Positions 27,763 to 35,701 of a DNA stretch of 64,000 nt are shown piece after piece (positions within the stretch are counted from its first letter, which is position 1; each line of letters opens with the position of its first letter). The translations under genes and the position numbers were made by a program. This DNA is from Candidatus Latescibacterota bacterium. Lineage in GTDB: Bacteria > Latescibacterota > UBA2968 > UBA8231. Under the pieces are notes generated by a model. The model did no database searches and was not told the DNA's origin. It saw only the letters and a list, made by a program, of their open reading frames with translations. The DNA lies in assembly GCA_965242865.1 (NCBI GenBank), contig CBDETK010000013.1, forward strand, positions 4,640,001-4,704,000. Reading direction: 5' to 3'.

Positions 27763-28476
27763 ATGAATCTATTGCGGAAATGCTCCGCTGAATTCATCGG
27801 CGCGTTTGCCATTGTCTTTGCCGGCTGCGGCGCGGTGGCTATCGACCAGATTTCTGGCGGCGCGGTTGGCCATGTCGGCATTGCCGCGGCGTTTGGGCTG
27901 GTCGTCATGGTGATGATCTATGCCACCGGCCACATTTCTGGAGCGCATTTCAACCCGGCGGTGACCCTCGCGTTCGCCCTGACGCGGCATTTTCCCAAAC
28001 GGGAGATCGCGCCCTATATCTCGGCCCAGTGCGCCGGGGCCGTGGCGGCTAGCGGCGTCCACGCGGCGAGTTTGTCGTCGGTGCTGGCCGCGGCGCGCCC
28101 TCAACAGGTGCTGAACTTGGGAGTTACCCGGCCGGTAGATGGACTGTTCGCCACGGCCCTCGTGTGGGAATTCATGCTGACCTTTTTGCTGATGCTGGTC
28201 ATTATGAGCATGGCGACCGATTTTCGCGCCGTGGAGCCGGCGGCTGGATTGGCCATTGGCGGCACGGTGGGGCTAGAAGCCCTGTTCGCCGGGCCGTTGT
28301 GCGGGGCCTCGATGAATCCAGCTCGCAGCTTAGGCCCCGCGCTGGTCGCCGGCGAATGGACGGCTTTTGCGGCCTACGTCGTCGGTCCGGTGCTAGGGGC
28401 GGCGGCCGGTGCGCTGTTCTACGAATTCATTCGCTGCCAAACCCCTTCCGACCGAGAAGTGAAGGGCTGTTGTTAA
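27763..28476 (+). CDS. MIP-family aquaporin/aquaglyceroporin
   Basis: GHISGAHFNPAVT and GASMNPARSLGPA motifs; six TM helices; C-terminal KGCC. Confidence 0.92.
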   Translation: MNLLRKCSAEFIGAFAIVFAGCGAVAIDQISGGAVGHVGIAAAFGLVVMVMIYATGHISGAHFNPAVTLAFALTRHFPKREIAPYISAQCAGAVAASGVHAASLSSVLAAARPQQVLNLGVTRPVDGLFATALVWEFMLTFLLMLVIMSMATDFRAVEPAAGLAIGGTVGLEALFAGPLCGASMNPARSLGPALVAGEWTAFAAYVVGPVLGAAAGALFYEFIRCQTPSDREVKGCC

Positions 28477-29177
28477 GTGCGCACCGCGTAAAGCCTGTTC
28501 ACCGCCGCTAGGGACACCCGCTTGGAATAGTGATACACCTGCTCGTCGCCCACGCGGGTCGGTGCTTCGAGGACGAAATCGGCAAAGTGCGGGGCGTTAA
28601 AGACCACAAAGGCGAGGGATAGGGCATCGACGTGGCGGGCGCGACGCTGGCTCAGGTCTGGGAAGGCCACCGGGCCGGTGTCCACTTGGTAGAGGTCGTT
28701 GGCGCGATTGGTGTTCATGGTTTTGACCGGGTACTCCATGATCGCCTGCAACCCGGTTTCCTCGTTCCGCACTTGGGTTTGCGCGACGATGGGCACGGCC
28801 GCGTAGGTCGCTTCGCGCACGGCCGCTGCGCTGGTCAGTTCCTCCACCTCGCGCCCGACAATCAGATGGTACTGTTGCCCGTTCCACCACTCCTGTGAGC
28901 GGCGAATTTCTCGATAGCGGTCGCGCAGGTCCGCGTGACGCCGATAGACGACCGACCACTCTGGGCCGAAGACCGGCAGAAAGTCGTAATTGTCCTCGTG
29001 CAGGAGGTTTTCTCGGGCAAAGGTGTGCTCGCTCTTGCACGACCCCACCTGCACGTAATCCTCGCGCTGGCCAGAGGCTTCGTCGATGATGCGCGTCCGC
29101 GACTCGACCCAAAACCGCACCTCGTTTTCCGGGCCGTTGCCGAGTATAAATGAGCGTCCGTAGTCTAGTGGTGTCAC
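28473..29177 (-). CDS. Hypothetical protein
   Basis: 234-aa ORF with GC3-biased codons; AAGGAGG SD before GTG start; no recognised motif. Confidence 0.7.
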   Translation of the reverse strand: MTPLDYGRSFILGNGPENEVRFWVESRTRIIDEASGQREDYVQVGSCKSEHTFARENLLHEDNYDFLPVFGPEWSVVYRRHADLRDRYREIRRSQEWWNGQQYHLIVGREVEELTSAAAVREATYAAVPIVAQTQVRNEETGLQAIMEYPVKTMNTNRANDLYQVDTGPVAFPDLSQRRARHVDALSLAFVVFNAPHFADFVLEAPTRVGDEQVYHYSKRVSLAAVNRLYAVRT

Positions 29178-29301
29178 AACAGCACCTCCTTTGAAGTGGG
29201 CAAAGTGCGAAAACTTGACAATTGTTCAGGGTACGTTATTTAATTATTGTATTGAAGCCCCACGAAATGGGGGTAAGCCTCGCCGAGAAAGGGTCCGAGT
29301 A

Positions 29302-29586
29302 ATGGCGACGTCAACGTTTGTTGTTTTATTAAATGATGCAGCCGCGCCGCGCTTCCGAAATCTAATTGATCAGTGGTATTCAAAACACTATGAATTTTCG
29401 GAGACTATATTCTTTATTCAAGACGACGATATTCCTGAAACCATAGCGAAGAGATTGGGAATTAAGGGAGAGGAATCTATAGCTCCTGGCGTCGTTCTAA
29501 AATTAGAAGGTTCATACGCGGGTTTTACTGCCCGCGCTCTATGGGATTGGTTCAAATGGGTGGAGAAACACGATGAGCACTATTAA
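29302..29586 (+). CDS. Small hypothetical protein in a low-GC islet
   Basis: AT-rich ORF downstream of TTGACA (29215-29220); overlaps the next ORF. Confidence 0.55.
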   Translation: MATSTFVVLLNDAAAPRFRNLIDQWYSKHYEFSETIFFIQDDDIPETIAKRLGIKGEESIAPGVVLKLEGSYAGFTARALWDWFKWVEKHDEHY

Positions 29587-29857
29587 ACCTGATTTTCGGC
29601 AAGACCCAAATCAAGAAAACGCTCGGGGTCATAATGGAAATGGAAATCGCCTAAGAGATTACAGGCTAGATACACTAGAAGAGCGAATTTCTAATCTTGA
29701 AACAACAGTAAATGAAATAAAAACGGCTGTAACAGAAATCAAAGCTAGCATGATTACAGCGAAACAACTCCTATATACTGTTATTTCCATCGCTGTAACC
29801 TTAGTTGGCACTATTGTGGTTCATGTAATCATAAGATCGTTCTTTACCAATAGCTAA
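29573..29857 (+). CDS. Small coiled-coil protein with C-terminal TM helix (XhlA-like architecture)
   Basis: RLDTLEERISNLETTVNEIK heptads then a hydrophobic tail; GGAG SD; low GC. Confidence 0.6.
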   Translation: MSTIKPDFRQDPNQENARGHNGNGNRLRDYRLDTLEERISNLETTVNEIKTAVTEIKASMITAKQLLYTVISIAVTLVGTIVVHVIIRSFFTNS

Positions 29858-29930
29858 ACCCGCCCACAGGCAACCCCCGTGCCAACTTCCCCGGCACGGG
29901 TTTTTTATGTTCAAACGCGAGAAACGAATT

Positions 29931-30716
29931 ATGACCTTAAAAATCACCGACGATGTTTTCTTGGATCCGGCGGGACAGCCGCGTCGGATTCGCGGCGTCA
30001 CCGTCAATAGTGCCTCGCCCTTGCTCGTCTCGCTGGCGGCGCAGGTCGGTTTTGAAGCGGTGTGGATCGAAAGCGAACACGGCCCGGTCGGCTTTGAGCG
30101 CGCCGAGACCTTGTGCTTGGCCGCAGAGGCCGGCGGCATTTTCCCGCTCATCCGCCTGCCCGATGGCGAGCGCCACCACGTGTTGCGCGCCCTCGAAATC
30201 GGAGCGCGGATCATTCTCGTCCCCATGGTGGACGATGCGGAGTACGCGCGCCGCATCGTCGAGGCCGGCAAGTACCCGCCGTTGGGGCGGCGCGGCTTCA
30301 ACGTGCGGACGCGCGGCATGGGCTTTGGCATGGAAAACCTGCCAGACGCCCTAGCCCGCGCCAATGCGCGCACCCATCTCTTTGTCCAGATCGAGACCGT
30401 GCAGGCCGTGGCGAATGTCGAGGCGATACTGGCGGTGGAAGGGCTCGCTGGAATCTTCATGGGGCCGAGCGATTTGGCCGTCAGCATGGGCTGCACCGGC
30501 CAGATGGGCGATCCCAAGCTGCGTGCGGCCGTGCTCTCGTGCTTGGCCAAGGCGCGGGCCGCCGGCAAGCTGAGCGGCATTTTCACCTTGCCGGGGCCGC
30601 TGCTGACGGCCGCCATGGACGCGGGCTGCGACTTGGTAATCTGCGGCGGCGACGTGATGGACTTGGGCGCGGCTTGGAGCGCGTTGCTGCGCCAGATTCC
30701 GGCCGAGCGCGGGTGA
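29931..30716 (+). CDS. HpcH/HpaI aldolase family protein
   Basis: GFEAVWIESEHG, PPLGRRG, VQIET, IFMGPSDL motifs. Confidence 0.9.
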   Translation: MTLKITDDVFLDPAGQPRRIRGVTVNSASPLLVSLAAQVGFEAVWIESEHGPVGFERAETLCLAAEAGGIFPLIRLPDGERHHVLRALEIGARIILVPMVDDAEYARRIVEAGKYPPLGRRGFNVRTRGMGFGMENLPDALARANARTHLFVQIETVQAVANVEAILAVEGLAGIFMGPSDLAVSMGCTGQMGDPKLRAAVLSCLAKARAAGKLSGIFTLPGPLLTAAMDAGCDLVICGGDVMDLGAAWSALLRQIPAERG

Positions 30717-30729
30717 GGGTAGCAGACGC

Positions 30730-33156
30730 CTACTTGAGCAGGATCATTTTCTCGACGAGAAAGACCGAGCCTGCTTGCAGCCGATAGAAGTAAATCCCCG
30801 CTGACAAATCGCGCCCGTCGTAGTGGACGGCGTACCGCCCTGCTGGCTGATACTCGGCGACGAGGGTGTGGAGGAACTGCCCCAAGGCATTGTGAATGGT
30901 CAACTGCACCTCGGCGGCTTGCGGCAGCGCGTACTGAATCGTCGTAGCCGGGTTGAACGGGTTGGGATAGTTGGGGCCGAGGGCAAACGCGGCCGGGGTG
31001 CTGGAGGCGATGGCACCGACGCGCCCTTCGGTGGCGGTCATGGCCGATTGCACGACCGGCTGGGCAAGCAGCACGGCCCGTCCGTCGCGGGCGGAGGGCA
31101 CTAGTTTGGCCCGGTCGTCGGCCACCCTCAAGGAGGTGCGCTGGCGGCCGCACTCGGCCGCTACCGCCCAGCGGGTCGCCCGGTAATCGAGCGTCGTCAC
31201 GACGGCGCGCCCCACGGAAACGCCCGGCACTGCATCGACCCGCGTCCACGGCACGAACTCGTCGCGGGGTTCGTCCAACTCAACCAACTTGCCGTGCTCG
31301 TCGGCACTGTACGTCATTAACATCTCGCGGTAAATGCGGTAGGCATCCACAAAGGCATGCTGGCTCGGCAAAGCCCACGTCAGCAGGACAAAGCCGCCCC
31401 AAGTGCTCGTGCTATCGGCCCCGAGGTAGTTTTCGGCGCGCACCCAATCGGGCGCGTCCAAGCCGGTATGGACCGTTAGGGTGAAGGGCAGGGTGGCCGC
31501 GTCGCCGTCGGCATCGGTGACCGTGTAGGTCCCCTGTATGGTGCTCGTCTGGCCCTCGTCGCCCAAGGCTGGGGGGGGGGAACCCTGCAACTGGCGGGTG
31601 TCAGGGTGGAACACCAAGCCGGCCGGCAGGTTTGACAGACTATACGTCAGCGGCTCGTCGCCGCCGCTGGCGGCCGGCAGGGACTGAGCAATCGGTTGGC
31701 AAGCGGTCGCCGTCAGCGGCGCGATCGCGGCGTCGCCAAAGGTCGGCATTAGATCGGCGTCGATGACGGCGATGGTAAACGTCAGGGTCGCTTCATCGCC
31801 GTCGGCATCGGTGACCGTGTAGGTGGCGACGGTGGTGTCGGCAGCGGTTGCCGCGCCGCGCAACTGGCGGGTGTTGGCATGGAACACCAAGCCGGCCGGC
31901 AGGTTCGACAGACTATACCGCAGCGGGTAGTCGCCGCCGCTGGCCGACGGCAGATCCACCGGCTCAATCGCTTCACCCGGCTCAATCGCTTCACCTACCT
32001 CGGCGACGAGGTCGGCAATCGTGGCATCGCCAAAGGTCGGCTTTCGGTTCGCGGGGATGATGGTCACGGTAAACGGCAGGATGGCCTGATCGCCATCGAC
32101 GTCCGTGGCCCTGAAGGAGACGATAGCCGTGTCGGTCGCCGTTGCCGCGCCCTGCAACTGCTGCTGCACCGGATTGAACACCAAGCCGTCCGGCAGATTC
32201 AACAGGCTGTACCGCAGGGGACCGTCGCCGCCGGTAGCCTGCGGCAGCGACCATAAGACCTCTTGATTCACCTCGGCGACGAGGTCGGCAATCGTGGCGT
32301 CGCCAAAGGTCGGCTTTAGATCCGGGGGCGTGACGGTAATGGTGAACATCAGGGTGTCGGCGTCGAAATCGGCATCGCGGACCCGGTAAATCATGGTCTC
32401 GGTGCTGTCGGTCTCGGTCGTGGGGGTGCCCTGCAACCAGCGGGTGTTGGCGTGGAACACCAAGCCCTCTGGCAGGTTGCCGAGCAGGCTATAGGTCAGG
32501 GGGGTGTCGCCGCCGGTGGCCTTGGGCAGCCTCTGCGAGACAATCGGTTGGCGGACCTCGGCGACGAGATCGGCGATCATCGCGGTGGCTTCAAAAGACG
32601 GCAGCAGATCCTCCGGTACATAGAAGTTCAAAGGTGTCAGGGGGTCAGATGTCTCCACCTCATCGTCTATTATTCGGATGGTCACCGTGGCGCTGAGACC
32701 GTCGTGGGGCTCTCCACTCGCACTCGCAGTGTGGGTGATCGTCGTACTCTGCTTTTCGGGCGGATTGACTGTATCGTTGTCAACCGCTCTCACCGTTACC
32801 TCCTGAGAAGCGAGTAGTGGGGTGAAGGTCAACTCCGGAGGCGATGGCGATACCACCTCCGCCACAGTAGCGTCGCCTGTTGACACTGTCACGGTGATAT
32901 TCCCGCTCCCCGGCGTACCAACTGGTACCACTCGGTAGGTCGCCGTGCGGCCTTCACGTATCCTGATTTCAGATATGCTGATTTCAGGTATGCTGCTAGT
33001 GCCTTGCCACACCCGCAAATCCTGCGGCGTCGGCGTAACATCCTGCGCGTAGAGCGGCTCTGGGCCTAAAATTCCCGCGACGACGAGCGCGAACGCCCAG
33101 AAGTTGGAGGCCGGTGTCAGACGACTGCTGCTTCCTACAAAGGCTTCACTGAACAT
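30730..33156 (-). CDS. Secreted surface protein with putative-Ig (He_PIG-like) repeats and T9SS type-A-like sorting tail
   Basis: Signal peptide ..LYAQ; four LP.A.GGD.PL.YSL.NLP.GL.F..T..DADGD repeats; NYPNPFNPATTIQY..YFYRLQAG..KMILLK. Confidence 0.85.
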   Translation of the reverse strand: MFSEAFVGSSSRLTPASNFWAFALVVAGILGPEPLYAQDVTPTPQDLRVWQGTSSIPEISISEIRIREGRTATYRVVPVGTPGSGNITVTVSTGDATVAEVVSPSPPELTFTPLLASQEVTVRAVDNDTVNPPEKQSTTITHTASASGEPHDGLSATVTIRIIDDEVETSDPLTPLNFYVPEDLLPSFEATAMIADLVAEVRQPIVSQRLPKATGGDTPLTYSLLGNLPEGLVFHANTRWLQGTPTTETDSTETMIYRVRDADFDADTLMFTITVTPPDLKPTFGDATIADLVAEVNQEVLWSLPQATGGDGPLRYSLLNLPDGLVFNPVQQQLQGAATATDTAIVSFRATDVDGDQAILPFTVTIIPANRKPTFGDATIADLVAEVGEAIEPGEAIEPVDLPSASGGDYPLRYSLSNLPAGLVFHANTRQLRGAATAADTTVATYTVTDADGDEATLTFTIAVIDADLMPTFGDAAIAPLTATACQPIAQSLPAASGGDEPLTYSLSNLPAGLVFHPDTRQLQGSPPPALGDEGQTSTIQGTYTVTDADGDAATLPFTLTVHTGLDAPDWVRAENYLGADSTSTWGGFVLLTWALPSQHAFVDAYRIYREMLMTYSADEHGKLVELDEPRDEFVPWTRVDAVPGVSVGRAVVTTLDYRATRWAVAAECGRQRTSLRVADDRAKLVPSARDGRAVLLAQPVVQSAMTATEGRVGAIASSTPAAFALGPNYPNPFNPATTIQYALPQAAEVQLTIHNALGQFLHTLVAEYQPAGRYAVHYDGRDLSAGIYFYRLQAGSVFLVEKMILLK

Positions 33157-33213
33157 GACGAACTCCTTGGTTGGTGTTGAGCTATCCCTGCTTGGGCCGC
33201 TTAACCGAACTAA

Positions 33214-33945
33214 TCAGTGGGAGCGGACCGGCACGCCTTCCAGCAAGCCGCTCTGGTGCATGTCGATCCACTCGTCCATAAAGGTCTTGTTCCACTGGGC
33301 GGTTAGCGGATGGTCCATCATGTCGCGGTACACCGTCCACATGGTGACGAGCTCGTCGGCCCCGTCGCGGAAGGCGGCGTGCGCGGTCTCGACCGAGCGG
33401 ATGAGGGCGGCCATAATGAAGGGCCGCTGGCCCCAGCCGCTGAACATCTGGGCGCATTCGCGGATCAGCCGGGTCGGGTCGCCGCCCACTTCCTTGACCG
33501 GCTCGCAGAACGGCAAGATGTGATCGACCCCGGCTTGGGCGACGGCCGCAGCTTGCGTCAGGGAGAACACCGTGGTACAGAAGGTCTCGACCCCTTGGTC
33601 CTTGAGGATGCTAAATGCCTTGAGGCCGTTGACGTTGCAGGGGATCTTGAGGATGATCTGAGCGGACAAGTCGGTGAACACTTGCCCGACCTCCAACAGC
33701 TCTTCAACGCAGTGGCCGTCGATTTCTACCACTACGGGCTTGTCTGTGAGCGCGAGGTATTGTTCTATTAGGCCGATGACTGAGCCGCATTGCTTGGCGT
33801 ATTGGTTGAGCACCACCGTGTTGGTGACGATTCCGGCGATTCCGAGGGGCATCCACTCCTTTAGCTCGTCGGGCGATCCAGCGAGCCAGATGGTGGGGCC
33901 GCGGCCTTGGGCGCGGGCGATGGGAACGGGTCCGCTTATTGTCAT
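33214..33945 (-). CDS. Transaldolase/fructose-6-phosphate aldolase family protein
   Basis: GIVTNT (TTNP-like), Schiff-base ILKIPC, TTVFSLTQAAAVAQAG; AGGAG SD. Confidence 0.8.
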   Translation of the reverse strand: MTISGPVPIARAQGRGPTIWLAGSPDELKEWMPLGIAGIVTNTVVLNQYAKQCGSVIGLIEQYLALTDKPVVVEIDGHCVEELLEVGQVFTDLSAQIILKIPCNVNGLKAFSILKDQGVETFCTTVFSLTQAAAVAQAGVDHILPFCEPVKEVGGDPTRLIRECAQMFSGWGQRPFIMAALIRSVETAHAAFRDGADELVTMWTVYRDMMDHPLTAQWNKTFMDEWIDMHQSGLLEGVPVRSH

Positions 33946-34013
33946 AATCAGGTCTCCTGTGGTTTTGCAACGGTTAAGGGCTTGCAGTTATTGTTTATGG
34001 GAGCGACAGCAAT

Positions 34014-34382
34014 TTATCTATCCGCCATTATCTTTTTCGCCTTCAGGACGCCCTTTATTTCGGCAACCTCATTCGAGAGTACATCTACCTTGTCGTCAAG
34101 ACGGTCGACTCTATTCTCAAGTTGCCCCATTCTATGCTCCAGTTGTCCCATTCTGTTTTCAAGCTGTCCCATTTTATTTTCAAGCTGCCCCATTCTGTGC
34201 TCAAGCTGCCCCATTTTACTCTCAAGCCGATCGATTCTGCCCCCAAGCACACTTTCAAGTTGCTTGATTTTACCCTCAACCCGCTCAAACCCCGAGACAT
34301 TATAAGAAGTTGAGACGATTACAACCGTGGAAAACATGGCTACCACTAGGGTTAGTACTGCCATTAACTGCTTCCAATTCAT
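34014..34382 (-). CDS. Membrane-anchored heptad-repeat coiled-coil protein
   Basis: N-terminal TM helix, (MGQLExR/K)x5; AAGGAGGAG SD; low GC. Confidence 0.75.
   Translation of the reverse strand: MNWKQLMAVLTLVVAMFSTVVIVSTSYNVSGFERVEGKIKQLESVLGGRIDRLESKMGQLEHRMGQLENKMGQLENRMGQLEHRMGQLENRVDRLDDKVDVLSNEVAEIKGVLKAKKIMADR
34120..34224. repeat. Five tandem 21-bp units (coding heptads)
   Basis: AGYTGYCCCATTYTR..YTCM units at 34120, 34141, 34162, 34183 and 34204. Confidence 0.85.
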
Positions 34383-34489
34383 GATCTCCTCCTTTGATTG
34401 GTGAATTGGCGATTGGCTTTCATTGTAAGCAATATAATGATTGTTGAGAATGTCAAGAACCTGTCGAGGAAAAAGTCCATGGAGGTATT

Positions 34490-35641
34490 GTGAAAACCAA
34501 TCAGACTAAGGCCGCCCTGCTCGGAGGGGCAACGGTGGAGATCGTCGAAATCAACCGGATCTTCGACCCTGTGGTCGTCGAGCTCGCGGCCCAAGCGGGC
34601 TTTGGCTGCGTCTGGATCGACATGGAGCATTCTCACCTCGCGCTCGACGCGCTTTCGCAGCTAATTTTGGCGGCGCGGGCCACCGGGGTCAATTCCGTAG
34701 TCCGCATCGCCAAGGGGCCGTACAACCAAGCGATCAAGCCGCTGGAGTTGGGGGCCGAGGGCTTGGTTTGGCCCCATTGCAAGAGCGCGGACGAAGCGCG
34801 CGCTTTTGTGCGGATGGCCAAGTTCCGGCCGCTGGGCTTGCGCGGCGTGGGCTGCGGCCGAGATTCGCACTACGGCACGCTCGATGCCGCCGAGTACATG
34901 GAACGGGCCAATGCCGAGACCTTGCTCGGCGTGATGATCGAAGACGCCGAGGGCGTGGAGGCGGTGGAAGCGATTGCCGCGGTCGAGGGAATCGACTTGC
35001 TCTTCGTGGGGCCGAGCGACTTGGCGCACAGCTACGGCGTCGAGCGCGCCGGCGTCCCCCCCATAGAGCACGAGCGCGTGCAGGAGGCTTTCAGCCGCGT
35101 GGGAGCGGCATGCGCGGCCAGCGGCAAGGCCATGGGCACGGCCGTCGGCCCGGGCGCGTCCATGCGCCGCGTGGTTGCCAAAGGGGTGCGCTGGCTCAAC
35201 TGCTGCCACGAGATGGCCGCGCTCACCAGCGGCTTGCGTCGCGCTCGGCAGGCAACCGCTGGCGCCAAGCAGCTTACGCTCACTCAGCAGTTGTTGGCGT
35301 TGTATCACCGGGGCGAGTTGGACCTCGGCGACGTATCCGGCGCGGCCAAGCGGCACGATGTCAGCCGCAGCTTGGTCAAGCACTTGGCCAATTTTGTCCA
35401 GCACAAGGCGCGGTGTATCGAAGCCTTGCCCGAGGTGACGCCGTGGGTCGAGCGCATAGAGCAAGCCCTCGTGGATGGACGGCGCGGCTTGGCGTTGACC
35501 GATGCCTATTACGTCTGCCTAGCGGTGCAAAGCCTGCCCCAAGAGCGTTGGCTGGCCGTGCTGCAAGCGACCTTTGATCGGTGGGAGCCGGCCGCCACGG
35601 GTTCCTTTAAGACGTTTTTTGACGAGGTTAGAGAAACGTAA
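34490..35641 (+). CDS. HpcH/HpaI aldolase with ~125-aa C-terminal extension
   Basis: GFGCVWIDMEH, FRPLGLRG, VMIED, LFVGPSDL; GGAGG SD, GTG start. Confidence 0.85.
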   Translation: MKTNQTKAALLGGATVEIVEINRIFDPVVVELAAQAGFGCVWIDMEHSHLALDALSQLILAARATGVNSVVRIAKGPYNQAIKPLELGAEGLVWPHCKSADEARAFVRMAKFRPLGLRGVGCGRDSHYGTLDAAEYMERANAETLLGVMIEDAEGVEAVEAIAAVEGIDLLFVGPSDLAHSYGVERAGVPPIEHERVQEAFSRVGAACAASGKAMGTAVGPGASMRRVVAKGVRWLNCCHEMAALTSGLRRARQATAGAKQLTLTQQLLALYHRGELDLGDVSGAAKRHDVSRSLVKHLANFVQHKARCIEALPEVTPWVERIEQALVDGRRGLALTDAYYVCLAVQSLPQERWLAVLQATFDRWEPAATGSFKTFFDEVRET

Positions 35642-35701
35642 GTTCGGGTGCAGTGCGCGATACCTGTCGCCCGCCTTGCAAAAATTTGGAGCAATGAAAC
35701 A

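Noticed and set aside
29801-31249. 482-aa minus-strand ORF
   Set aside because: Overlaps two well-supported genes; low-complexity Arg/Ala/Ser sequence.
34120-34224. Possible CRISPR array
   Set aside because: Contiguous 21-bp coding repeats with no spacers and no cas genes.
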